Part shown: one piece after another, positions 41,401 to 55,500 of the stretch | How positions within the stretch are numbered: position 1 is the stretch's first letter | How the letters are laid out: the number at the start of each line of letters is the position of its first letter | NCBI GenBank assembly: GCA_951406725.2 | Contig: OX597825.1 | Location: 36,270,001 to 36,334,000 of the forward strand | Reading direction: 5' to 3' | DNA from: Octopus vulgaris | Lineage: Eukaryota | DNA length: 64,000 nt | Position numbers and translations under genes: made by a program | Notes under the pieces: model-generated | Told to the model about the DNA's origin: nothing | Databases searched by the model: none | Seen by the model: only the letters and a program-made list of their open reading frames with translations

Positions 41401-44400
41401 CTCTTTTCCTCTAAGGTTCAGTTTCTTTCAGACTTTATTTTTCCATTGACTTTGCCTCCTGTTGCTAATTATATCAATATCTACTCAGTCCCTTTATATT
41501 AATCCTTCTTAAGCTCACTCCAGTTGTCTTTGATTTGAGTAGTAAACGTTTTAAACACCAATTCATCTCTAACTGCTAAGTGTTTCTCAAAAACACTTCC
41601 TTTCTCAGCTTTTGTAAATCTCATGTCAACTGTGTAGAAAGAACCACTTGAAAGACCTATTTGTTGGGAAAATTTAAAGAATTATAAAAAAGGGTTGTGC
41701 GTGTGTATGTGTCTGTGTGTGTGTGGGTAAGTGAATGAGAGAGAGAGAGAGAGAGAGATTAGTAAAGTGAATGCATTTGTTCATCTTTGCAGATGCAGGG
41801 ATTTAAATACTTTTCACATGAATTGGTCCTTTTATTACCACATTTCTGTTGGAATGCACTATCTTTTGTTTCAATCAATTTTCAAAACAATGAAGAATTT
41901 AGTACAATAACTTTGTCATTATCAAGCCAGTGTTTGTAACATAAACTAACATGAAATACTGATGTCAAGGTTTTGCTTTAGATTACTTTAAAACAAGAAG
42001 TTTGTATCTTAGAACCAGAGGTGGTTGCATGCAGGTTGGTGTCAAAAGGTTTGAATCATTTGTGGCTTATTTCTAATTTAAGGTAAGAAACGCTGTGCTA
42101 ACAACCCCACAACTGCTCTGAAAGTCCTCACTGACCTTCTTGGACTTGGGAATGATTATCAAGAGGTAACTACTTTCTTATTACTTCTTGAAAATTTTTT
42201 ACAGTAGAAAACTTGCAAAGATTTTATTCCAGGTTTTATCTCTATTTTTAACCATTTGACATTTAAGCTGGCCATATCAGGCCCAAATATTCTGTTTCAT
42301 GTTCATATTGGCCAGATCTAGCTTTTCACACTTATCCTACAATGTCATTATTAAGATAAACCATTACATCATTGAAATCTTGAAGCTACAAGATAATGCA
42401 TGATTAATTCAAAACAATAAGCATTACATTTGACAGAATATTCTGAAAACTATAGGGTTAAAAACTCATGTTAAATTTGATATAAAAATTGGTTTATTTA
42501 AAATTTTTATAGAATCATTTTTGTTTGTAACAACTTCTTTTATAAAGATGTTTATTTCAGCTTGTATAAGTTCTGTATTAAGTCTTTGAATATCATTCAT
42601 TGGGAACATTTTGCACTGAAAAGTAAGCGACAGGCTGTAATTTGGAATAACAGCCTGCAGTTTGAGAAGAAAATTTGAATTGTCCTTCAAATAATCAAAT
42701 GTAACAACACAAAACTGCAGGATGTTGCTGCTCTGCATGGTAGAAGATTCAGAAATATTTTCACCTGTGCAGTCAGTAATCTTATAACTTTAAAGCTGCG
42801 CTTGTCATTCATGAAAGGTCGTGTATCAAGTGACCAACTTGAGATGGTCACTTGGTACCTGTGAATAATACCTGCAAAACACTGCTGCTCTTTATGTCTG
42901 CTGGTATGCTCATCTACTCTTGGGCTGAAAATATATTTTGGATGAGTGCACAATAGCAGAGCTACTGGTATTGTGATTGCTGGTCAAATTATGTGCTATA
43001 TTTGTCACAAAATAGAATATGAAAGAGGTTTTAAAATGGCTTCTAGGTGAGAATATTTAGGCTTCCATTTCCTTACATGCCCTATGTGGTAGAGCAAACA
43101 GGATGCTGGTATCAGTTGTTAATCAGTGTTGTGTAGAGTTTGACACCAGTTCCCACATGGAGAGGTAACTGGTCTAGGGCACTGGGGATTATGGTGTAGT
43201 CCAGCATGGCCTATAGTGTGGTATTACCAGTTTATCAGTAGCCAATGGCTTAAAGTTTATTAGCAGAGTGTATCTCAACTGGCAATAATATGGTTGGTCA
43301 GTTTTCCTATTGATGAAAACTTCAGACTGCTGCTGGAGCATATGCTGTTTCTCATGGAAACAGTGTTGGCTATTATAAATCCAGGTGAGTAAGGAGTGAG
43401 AAGGTGTGTGTCTTGTCAAGGTTGATCCAGATCTAGGTTATGCTAAGGAGGTCCTTTCCTTAGTCTCAGAATTCCTAGATAGACATATTCTGTACTCATG
43501 GAGCATTAGTAATATGGAATTGAATCAACCTTTTATTAAATAACATATATATGCTTTATTAAATAACATATCTATTAGACATGTTTTTGGATTTGGTTTG
43601 CAAGATTCTTTATATGAGTTCGTGTGTTGAAGCATATTCTGTTGTGTCCGGGGAGAGTCATTTTCTTTTTGTGCCTTATAATATAACACACAAACCGGTA
43701 AAATTTCCACTTATTTCTTATTTTTATTTTCCTAAAATTTTCGTTGCGTCTTGCAACCTTTTCAATAGTCTTCACTCTGTCCATTATTTACACTGCGTTC
43801 CCTTTTGTTTGTTTGTGCGTATGTGTGTAGGTCAGTGGGTTAGTATATGTGTGTGCCTATACATACATGTATGTACGTATGTATGTATGTGTATATGTTT
43901 GCATGTGTATGTATATATGTGTGTGTATGCATATGTATATATGTATGTATGTATGTGTGTGCATCTGTATGTATCCTGCATATTTATGTGCTTGCATGTC
44001 CGTGTTTCTATGTATGTGTGTGTGAGCATGCGTTTGTATATGTATGCACTGCAGTCTCCTTGTGTGTGCATGTCTGTGTGTGTGTGTGCGTGTGTGTTAT
44101 GCAACTATGTACATGTTTGTATGTATGGATGTGCATCTTTACATATGTGGATTTGTGTCTCCGTATGTGTCTTTGTGTGGAGTAAAGTGTGTGTATATAT
44201 GGTCATGTGTTTCAGTCTTCATTTGCGTATGTGCGCTTGTCTGTACTTATAAACCTATGTATCTATCCATCTGTATGTTGATCTGTTTATTTTCATATCT
44301 ATATGCTTACGGAAAAATCAATGTGGAATTGAATCAACCTTTTATTGAATAACATATATATGCTTTATTAAATAACATATCTATTAAACATGTTTTATTA

Positions 44401-44979
44401 AATATCTTCATTGAATAATAAATTTTCATTTTGTTTCTAGATTCTTCCTTATGTGAATGGTGTTTTGTACAGCATTTTAGCCATTCCCTCTGTACGTGAA
44501 GCTGCCAAAGATATGGTAAGAATTGTGTGCATAAAAGGTTTGAAATGAGTTTACCTTTTACTTGTTTCAATCATTTAACTACGGTCATGGTGGGGCGCCA
44601 CCTTGAATGGCCTAGTTGAACAAATTGACCCCAATACTTATTTTTCAGCCAGGTACTTATTCTATCAGTCTCTTTTTTGCCTACCTGCTACGTTATGTGC
44701 CAAATGATGGTGGGTGACAAACACAAACATGTGTGTAAGTGCGTGCATACACACACACACACACACAACTGGCCTCTTTCAATTTCCATCTACCAAAACC
44801 ACTTAAAAGGCTTTGGATAGCCCAGGGCTATAGTAGAGTTGTTAATAAGATTATAATCTTGATTATGGTATTTTTTTAAAATACACCAAAACCAGGTTTG
44901 GCTGATCTCTAATTATCATCACCATCATCATCAGGTGTCTTGTGGTTGGATTCGAGAGATGGAAACTGAAAGTAGCCTG

Positions 44980-45037
<58 letters not shown>

Positions 45038-45257
45038 ATATGCATGCCTATATGTTAGCTTTTACTTGTTTCAGTCAGATTGTGGCCATGCTTGGGCATC
45101 ACCTTGAGGAAGTTTAGCCAAATGTATAGACCTGAGTACTTATTTTTTTTAAATCCTGGTACTTACTCCATCAGTGTCTTTTGCTGAACCGTTAGGTTAC
45201 TGGGAAGTAAACGCACCAACAATGATTGTCAAATGATATTGGGAACAAGCACAGGAA

Positions 45258-45294
<37 letters not shown>

Positions 45295-48200
45295 CAGGCT
45301 TCTTTCAGTTTTCATCCACTCACAAGGCTTTGGTTCACCCAAGGCTGTAGTTGAAGACACTTGCTCAAGGCGCCATGCAGTGAGACTGAACCTGGAACCA
45401 TGTGGTTGGGAAGCAAGCTTCTTAGCACACAGCCATGCCAGCGTCTGTATACACACACACGTATGTGTGTGTCTGTATTTTCTCCTCATCTTCACATGTG
45501 TTGGCTGATTATAAATGATGGCCTCGCAGTTCATGCAGATGATGTGATTAATTTGTTTCCAGTTCACTGTGTAACCATCATTAGACCAATTGGTCGAATG
45601 AAAGATTATAACTGTGCTTGGAATTAGGTGGTGGTGGTTGGCTTCAGGTCGGACATTGAGTTGTAGGAAATTCTGCTCCAACTTACTTTCATCTAATCCA
45701 AGGGTCTCCAGCCCCTGGACCACAGACAAGTAATGAGCCACTGACCAGTACTGGACTATGTAGAAACAATAGATATTTAAATTTTGAATTGCGTTATATA
45801 CATTGGTTTCAAATTTTGGCACAAGGTCAGCAGGTTTGGGGTAGGGTTAAGTTGACCAGTGCTCAACTGGTACTTATTTTATTGACCCTGAAAGGATGTA
45901 AAGCAAAGTTGACCTTGGTGGAATTTGAACTCAGAACTTTAAGGCAGACAAAATGCCACTAAGCATTTTGCCTGGCAAGCTAACAATTCTGCCAGTTAGC
46001 CTCTCTTGTTGTATTATATATATTACAATGTAATAATAGTAGAAATAAAGTGCATAATATACAATGTAATAATTACATTTGTATTTGATATGTAACTAGC
46101 AGAGATACCCGGCTTTGCCCATGTCACATGGAATTGAAGAATTAGACTTTTCTTTTATATTTTCTCTAATGAAGTGGAATACCTGTGATTTGAATTTCAT
46201 CAAAATTGGAGATTAAGAGTTTTAATGAGGGTTCTTTCTATCTTTACACACCCTAACAAAAATTCTAATCACGACATATTTATCCCATACTACTCACCTT
46301 TATGCCCAGATTCCAAAATCCAAATCTTGCAAAACCTATTCAAAGGTTTTTGCTCCTGTAAAATGGAGCTCTAAAATGTGGGAGTTAAGGCTCCTATTAG
46401 GGGGTGGAGGTCTTAAAGTCAACCAGAGAAATTGAATTGTGGTTACTCTGAGAGTGTAGCGACTAGAGTAAGAATAGTCTGGGCGAAGTTCAACACACAC
46501 ACACACACATAATAAGGGTGAAAAATTGAATATTAATTTGATTAATATGAATTGAAAACCAGTGGTGTAGCATATAAGACCATAGCAGATCTTCTTCTAG
46601 CAAAATGGATGACCACTTGTTAATGGTTCATCCCTGTTATATAATACTTTCACTTTAATAGTTTCAGTATTAAAATGAAAGTGTCTGCATTACAATAGAG
46701 AAACGTTTTTGTTTCACTTTTAACACGTAATACTGAAATAGTGGAGAAGATATGATATTGCTGTGGGGTCGCCCTAGGGAAAAAGTTAAGATTATTTTTT
46801 CCGATGACACTCCCCGGACCTTTAGTAAGGCATGTGTAAAATTTGAATGAAATTGGTTGTGTAGTTCTCAAGTTTTAGGGAAACACACAGACAGACAGAC
46901 ATTCTCAGTTTTATATATATAGAGATACTAGCAGTATCGCCCGGCGTTGCTCAGGTTTGTAAGGGAAATAACTATAAAGCATCTTTAGAGAGTTATAGCC
47001 AAAAAATCGGTTGAAAGCCGTGGTCAGGGTGAGGGTACGAGAAAACAGACACACAGAAACACGCACAGACAAACTGCCGTTTATATATAGAGATATATAG
47101 GTAATTAAATTATACATCATACCCTCTCATCTGGCACAAAGCCACCTTCCTCAACAGTACTACGCTCCTCAGTTGAGGGGCCTTGTCTTGCAAATCATTT
47201 GTTGACCCCACTGCTGCTGGTGCTTTGTAAAAAGTACCCTGTCCACACTGTAAAGTGGTTGGCATTAGAAAGGGTGTCCAACCATAGAAACCTGCCAAAA
47301 CTGACATCAGAGCTAGGTGCTCTCTTCTGACTTGCCAGCTTTGTTGAAATTATCCAGCTGTGAAAAGCAGATGTTAAATGAGAGTGATGATGATGACGAT
47401 GTTTTGTTATGCATATGATTCTCCAGACCATGGAAAAATCGTCATGCATGAAACCTGTCAATGGAGCAACCTCATAGTTTATTACTAATGTATGTTATTT
47501 GTTATTTGTATGTTAATGACACTCATGCTTTTCTCAATGTTGTTTGATGTATACTAATATCAAGTTCAAGGTAATACTACTTTTGTTGTTTTTTTTGTTC
47601 AGCTCTGATTCAGTAGACTTATGGGGAAAAGGTTCCACCCATGACCATCCTGTTTTGTTTTCAAGCATATTCTACCTATGACTATATTATACTTATTTTT
47701 TAAACAGTAGTGTGTAATTTGAGGGAGGTTTGACTATTTCCAGCAATGATACAGTGGCATAGTTAGTGTGCGTCATCTGGGGCAGGCCTTGAGTTTGCCA
47801 CCCTTCCTTGCTCTCCTGCTCCCTATACAGGCTTATCTAGCAGACCAAAAAATGCTGCTTCTATAAAAGCATTGTCTAGGGCAGACCATTCCATAGCTAT
47901 ATTACTACAACAGCACAGTTCCCACAACCACCCATCATTGTCTTGTGTTACATGTTTGTTTGCATTACTCTGTTACTATTAATGTGGCAAGTTAATGTTA
48001 GCATTGTGGTGTTGGCAGTCGGTGTTATGAGCTTGTGGTGCTGGTGGAGAGGATGATAGATGAAGTGGGCAGAAGTAGGGCTTGCAGGGGCTGGCGGAAG
48101 ACTGCAGGGTGCATGTGCAGCAGGAAGCAGAAGCAGTCAAGCAGGACGCACGTGTGGTCATCGACAAAGCGGGCAGTTCAAGCATAGACGAGGAAGCGAC

Positions 48201-51200
48201 AGAACGTGTCGAATTCGTAAGAGACCTCTGATCTTCGCCGAGGTAAGGCCTTTTTGTATTTCATTCTCCCGTCACTTCTCCTTCTGTTGTCTTCTTCATC
48301 CATCACACTACAAGCTATTTCGGCACATAAAAGACAAAATGCTTACTGGCATTTCTTCTGCCTTTACGTTCTGAGTTCAAATGCCACTGAGGTTGACTTT
48401 GCCTTTCATTCTTTTGGGAATCAATGAAATGAGCACCAGTTGAGCACTGGGGTAGAAGTAATTGGCTAGCCCCACTTCACTCAAAATTTGTGCTATATTT
48501 GAAAAGATTACTATGTTAATTATTATTCCTGTTTGTTTAGGGAATTGAAGAAATTGTTGAAGGTTTCATCAAAGAAGGACATTCAGCTCGGGAGTTGGAA
48601 TATATTATTAAACAGTTAAATTCAGGTGAGAGACATTTTTATTATCTTTGTTGTTGGTGCAGTTGTACTTACAGAGACCATATTTTCCAGCATACAAGTC
48701 GGCATAGTAAATAGTGCAAACATGTAGTGTAAACATTCAAACATCTTTCCAAATCATGATGCATTTCATGAGGAATTTTGAATCCTTTAAACCTTTAGCA
48801 TTTAAACTGGCCATATCCAACCCAAATACTCTACTTATTTAATATTCCAGCTAGATCTAACCTCTCACACTTTCTCTACAATGTCATTTTAAAAATAATC
48901 ACATTATTGAAATCTCAAAGCTATAAGGTAATGTATGATCAATTCAAAACAATGTGAATAGGTAAGCATTGCTTTTTCAGTGAGTAATCTGACTGCTAAA
49001 AAGCTAAAGTTGTCTTTGAGTGTAAGTGGACCAACCTATTTTGGCTGTAAATTTTGGTCTGAAAAATTTGCCCTGTGTGCTGGAAAATGTGTTAACTGTT
49101 ATTAATAAAACTGTAGATAAACTGTTTCTAAATTTCTGACTTGATAATAGTGACAGGAGGGCTACCGGTGGTGGTAATAGTAGTGGTGGATATAATAGTA
49201 GTTGTAGCGGTGGTATTAATGGTAGTGGTATCATTATGGTAGTAGTGGTGGTGTTGACGGTGATAGCAGCGGTAGATTGTATTATATTTGATGTTGATGA
49301 TAGAGGTAGGAGGGCTGCAGGTGGTGTTAAGTGGTGGTCATAAGGGTGATAATAGTAGTAATAGTAGAGGTTGTTGGTAGGGGTTATTATTGATGGTGTT
49401 AAGGGTGATAATAATAATAGTGGGGCTGTAAGGGTGGCAGTGGTGGTAGTATTAGTAGTAACATTCTTGGCTGTTGTAATAGCGTTGATGGTGAAAGTGT
49501 TAACAAGGATGTTGTGGACCATGATGGTAGTGGTATTAGATAGTTGTAGTTGTATCGGTGGTGATAGTGAGAGATGATGGTCTTAAAGACAGTAGCAGTG
49601 TTAGTGGTGGTAGTTGTCATCATCATTGTTATAGTTGTCTATTGGCCCTTTTGTGCCCTTAGATTGTCTCCACTCATTAATGATGTAAATTCCTTTGAGT
49701 TTGATGCTGGTTTTTTTTTGGGTTTTTTTCCAGTTTTATTCCTCCATTGGGAAGATGTTCTGTAATGGTAATCTAGGCAGGTTGCAAATTCGGTGGGGGC
49801 TAAGGGTTTTAGTTGAGAAAATGGGCTGGGCTTGTATTTATTTAACTGAACCGATTGCCTGTAAAAAGTGCCCAGTACACTCTGTAAAGTGGTTGGCATT
49901 AGGAAGGGAATCCAGCCATAGAAACCATGCCAAAACAGACAATTGGAGTCTAGAAAGACCTCCAGTTAACCAGCTCCTTCAAACCATTCAACCTGTGGAA
50001 AAGCAGACATTAAACAATGATGATGATGAACTCTCAAGGTACTCTATAACTACTTGGTGTTGTTGGAACTAATACTAAATATGTCTGCTAGTAGCCTCCT
50101 CTTCATTGTCATCATTTAACGTCCACTCTTCCATGCTTGCATGGGTCAGATGGAATTTACTGCTGCAGATTTTCTGTGGTTGAATTCCTTTCTTGTCACC
50201 AACCCTCACATGTTTCCAAACAAGGTAATATTTCTTCGTGATGAGACCTGTTTTCCATGGAAGACTGGAAATGAGCAGCATCTCCCCCACCCCCTTGAAG
50301 GATGGAAAGTAAAGTTGACCTTGGTGGATTTGAACCCAGAACATGAAATGATGATGTTAGTAGTGTTGTTGGTAGTAGTTGTGATAATGATGATGATAAT
50401 GGTTCGGGAGGTGGTAATGATTGTGGTAGTAACATGAGGTGGATGCTGGTTATAGTGATAGTAGGAAGAGGACAAAGATGATTATAATGATGATGGTTGT
50501 AGCTAATGATAGTGATTTTGTGGGTGGATCTGTTGGACGCAATACTGTCTTAAGGCATGAGCCTACTGGGCAGTGGCCCAGGGGCATCACAAGTCTAGGA
50601 GCCCATTTCTGATCTGTGTATGCTGTGGCTTGGTGACAATAGATAAATAAAATAGGGCTCAGTGCATTGATTTGCTCAGGGGCCTGTAATGTTGCTCAGA
50701 TGCCCTCAGTGGGTGATGATAAGGATGAAGATTAAAACTACAAGGTATTTTGTTCTATGAGATACCAATTCTGCCAATGACTTCTCTTGGTGGTTTAAAT
50801 GTAACACATATACAATTTGAATTAGTTATTTGATTAGCCATGGTATCTGAAAATCTTTATTTTTTAAAATTTTTTTAGATCAAACATTTAATGACAGAGA
50901 ATCTGAGGATGAAGAGGAAGATGATGAAGAGGATGAGGTTATTATTTTTTATAGTCTTTTATCTTTTGTTTCACTCATTAGACTGTGGCCATGCTGGGGC
51001 AACTGCCCGAAGAATTTTAGTTGAATGAATTGATCCCAGTACTTATTATTTTGCAAAGCCTGTTATTTTATTGGTCCCTTTTGCCAAAATGCTAAGTTAC
51101 AGGGACATAAGCACACCAATACCAGTTGTCAAACATTGGTGAGGGACAAATACATACACAAACAGACACACGTGCATGCATGTGCGGATGCACATACACA

Positions 51201-52481
51201 CACACACATACACTTGTATGATAGGATTCTTTCAGTTTCTGTCTATAAAATCCACTCACAAGGATTTGATTGGTCTGAGGCTATAATAGAAGACATGTCC
51301 CATGCAGTGGGACTGAACTCAGAACCATGCAATTGGAAAGCAAACTTCTTACCACATAGCCATACCTGCACCTATTATTTGATGTTTTTTCTTTTTATTG
51401 AAGAACTCAAATGAAAAAAATCTTGTCAGCTCAAAAGGTACCATTGTCCTTCTTGGTATCAATCTGAAGCACCTACAGACAACTAAGCCAACCTTTCTTC
51501 CTTGGTTCATGTCCTCTATGCAAGAGCTTATTAATTCAGAGCTCCCAGCAGATACACATCCCACATACCTCTCAACAACTGTATCCTCCTTAATTTGTTG
51601 CTTCTTTCTTGATGTCAGCATATTTTTGATACCAAAACAAGATGTTCGTTCCTCTGGAACAGGCAGCAGATAGTCTATGGATGAAGATAATCCAGTGCTA
51701 TTGAAAACTACTGTCTTAATAAAGACATGCTGATCACTTAAAGTGGAAGTAAGTTGTGGAAGAGGAGACCCAGGAAAACATGGAACAAAATTTTGAAGGC
51801 TGATCTGAAAAGGCTGAACCTTACAGAAGTGATGACAGGGGGCTGAGATATGTGGCACATTGTTGAACTTGAGAAGACCTGATTGCAGCAACATAATTAA
51901 GATCCTAAAACCAAGGTACCATGTAAAAAGCATTGGTGTGGGTGCTGGTACCATGTAAAAAGCACCCAGTACACTTTGTGGAGTGGTTGGCATTAGGAAG
52001 GCCATCCAGCCATAGAAACCAAACCAAAACTATGGAACCTAGTGTGGCCCCTGGCCTTACCAACTACTGTCAAGCCACCCAATCCATGCCAGCATGGAAA
52101 TCAGACATTAAATAATGATGGTGATTAATCAATACTTCTGCAGTAATGCAGTTACAAGATAAATGTTGGCTGTGCAAAAGCAAATGCTCTCTTGATTCTG
52201 AGAACTCACAGGGTGCTCTATAACTACTTGTAGTTGAAACTTATACTAGATATGTCTGCCAGTAAACTCCTCTTCCATGCCTGCATGGGTCAGATGGAAT
52301 TTATTGATGCAGATTTTCTGTGGTTGAATTTCTTTCTGGTCACCAACCCTCACATGTTTCCAAGCAAGGTAATATCTCATCATGACCAGACATGTTTTCC
52401 ATGGAAGACTAGAAATGAGCAACGTTACTTGTATGACAGTTATTCTCATTTGAAACCATCATGTAGCATCAGGACAAGGCT

Positions 52482-52577
<96 letters not shown>

Positions 52578-55500
52578 TGTCCCCTCCTATCTATCATACA
52601 AACATATACATGATGGGCTTTCAGTTTCACTCTACTGAGTCCACTCACAAAGCATTGGTTAGCCTGGGGACATAGTAGAAGACAAGGTGCTGTGCAGTGG
52701 GACTGAACCTGTGACAAATGTCTGATGAAGTGTAAATAATTTAAGAGAAAATTTGGATATAAGAGGTATCAGATATTGCATGCAAGAGAGAAGACTGTGC
52801 TGGTATGGTCATGTGATGCATATGGATGATGACAGCTGCATAAAGAAGTGCTGATCTCTAATTGTGGTGAGAATCTGTGAAAGGGGTAGACTCAGGAAGA
52901 TGTGGGATGAGGTGGTAGGAAAGGATCTTCAGACGTTGGGCCTCACTTAGGACATGACAAGGGATTGAGACTTCTGGATATTTACTGTGCTAGAGAAGAC
53001 CCGTCAGGCTAAGTAAAACTGTGGTCATCCTTTATGGCCTCTGCTGGTTTCATGTAAAAAACACTCATGGTGGCACCATGTAAAAGACACTCATGCCTGT
53101 GCCATATGAATAACACTCAATTGGTGCCATGAAAAAATGCACCCTGCACATTTTGTGAAGGGTTGGCTTTAGGAAGGGCATCCAGCTGTAGAAACCATGC
53201 TGCCAGAATGCACAACTGGAGCCTGGACAGCTCTCCAGCTGGCTAGCTCCTGTCAAACTGTCTAACCCAGATCAGCATGGAAGACAGACGTTAAATGATG
53301 GTATATTTGTGATCATTTAACAGCCATTCTATACTTAAGTTGTACAGAATTTTCTGTGGCCAGTAGCCTTCTTGTTACTAACTCTCACCAGTTTCTAAGC
53401 AGGGTAATATTTTCCTGTGGCCAGGAATGTTTATACGGGAGATTGAAAATGATGGCCACTGCTTGTATGGTGGTGACACTTGTTTACAGCTATGTCAAGG
53501 CAAGGAGATACTAAAACACATACACACATGCATACATGTATATACATATATTTAAAATAAAATTACAATAGCTGACACTTGCTCTTTCATTTTTGTTTTT
53601 AGGAAGATCTCGAGATGGAACCAGATCTTGATAAAGATGATGAAGTGAAACCAGGGAATTCTGAACGACTTGCAGGAGAAGAATTGCTTTCAACTGAATA
53701 TCTTTTGAGGAAAAAGGTAAGTCTTCAAGAATGAGAGCCATTTCAATATTGGTTTCAAATTTTAGTACAAGGCCAGCAATTCCAGTGGGGTGTGGGTAAG
53801 TCAGTTACACTGACCCTAGTGTTCAACTGGTACTTAATTTATTGACTCTGAAAGGATGAAAGACAAATCGACCTTGTCAGAATTTGAACTTGCAACATAA
53901 GGACAGACGAAATGCATTTTTCCTGGCATGCTAATGATTCTGCTTACCATTTTAATATTGATGATGACATACACTAGTGAGGATTCTGGTGATAATGATG
54001 CTGATGATGAAGTGAAGTAGAGGTTGTAGTGGTTGTTATGGTGATAATTGTGCTTACCTTTTTTCTCAAAAGCTGTCATATAATGGCTGGGGGCTAGGGA
54101 AAATTTGTAATTTTTTTGTTTAGGATAACTTTACCTTTCATCCTTTTGGAGTCAATGAAGCAAGTACCAGATGAGTGTTGGGGTCGATGCCCCACCACTC
54201 ACAAATTTCAGGCTTTGTGCTTATGGTAGAAAGGGTTATTTTATTTTAAAGGGCAGTGAATTTTTAGCATCAGTAGAGTGGTTGATTAAATTCTAAGTTC
54301 AATCCTATTGAGGTCAATGTTTTTTCTTTTATTCTTCTGGAGTCAATGCTGTTTAATTACTGGATTTAATTATAATTCACTTCACTTCAAATTTGTGGCC
54401 CTGTACATCTTTGTAATTTTCTTGAGTCTGTGATCAATTAATAGGAAGGATTTTGTTGTTCAACCCTAGGTCAACCATATCAAGCACATGTATGATCAGA
54501 GACATTTCAGTCATGACTATCTTATTCTTTTCAAAAATAGCATATCTAAGACAACTATGAAAGACTATCTAATGCTCCCAGTCTTTCTTTTTTAAAATTT
54601 TAATGTGTGATCTGAAGCCTTGTACCTCCTTGAGAGCAACAAAAAACAATAAATGTCAGAATTGATTGTAGAAAGTTTAGAATACCTTGTCACATCTCTT
54701 TATATTAAGAGTTCAAATCCTAATAAAGTTGACTTTGCCTTTCATCTGTCAAGAATTGATGAAATAAGTATTAGTCAGCTGCTATTTTTAGCAGGTCAAG
54801 TGACCATGTAGAAGCTCACCCATTGATACAGTACATGATTTGACCCATAATAGGAGTTTGTGGTAGTTGTTAGTTGTAGCTAAAAATAAACAATTTAGTG
54901 TTTGTTTGTTTGTTTGTTGTAAATCAATCCAATATTGTTTGTTGTTGTTGTAAGTCTGTTCAGTATGACATTGTATTGTTTGTTTTTTAGCAGCCTCAAG
55001 ATCACATCATGGGCCGACAGCAACCTCTGCAACGTCCAGTGACACCAAGCCAAATGAAGAATACTGATGTATCACCAACTAAAACAAAGTAAGTCTTGGA
55101 AGAGCTGAAAACACTTGCCTGTAAATGTTAAAATGACAAAATGCTAAATTCGACCTTTTAGCATTCAGGTTACTCTGTTAAGGGTAATGTTTATTTATTT
55201 ACATTATTTTGAATTAGTCATGCATTTAGCTTGTAGTTTTGAAATTTCAATGATGTGATTGCTTATTTTTGGAATTACATTGTAGGGTAGGTGTGAAAAG
55301 CCAGACCTGGCTGGTTTAAACATAAAATAGTTAGAATATTTAGGTGCAGGAGTGGCTCTGTGGTAAGTAGCTTGCTTACCAACCACATGGTTCCGGGTTC
55401 AGTCCCACTGCACGGCACCTTGGGCAAGTGTCTTCTAATATAGCCTCGGGCCAACCAAAGCCTTGTGAGTGGATTTGGTAGACGGAAACTGAAAGAAGCC

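Noticed and set aside
43581-44352. 223-aa and overlapping Cys/Val/Tyr-rich ORFs
   Set aside because: Translations of a degenerate (TG/TA) microsatellite.
49004-49765. Thr/Pro/Leu-rich, mucin-like or transmembrane-like ORFs
   Set aside because: Cryptic trinucleotide low-complexity DNA with no splice or homology support.
51349-52005. 218-aa minus-strand ORF
   Set aside because: Chance open frame across an RTE tail, decayed LINE pieces and a SINE head.
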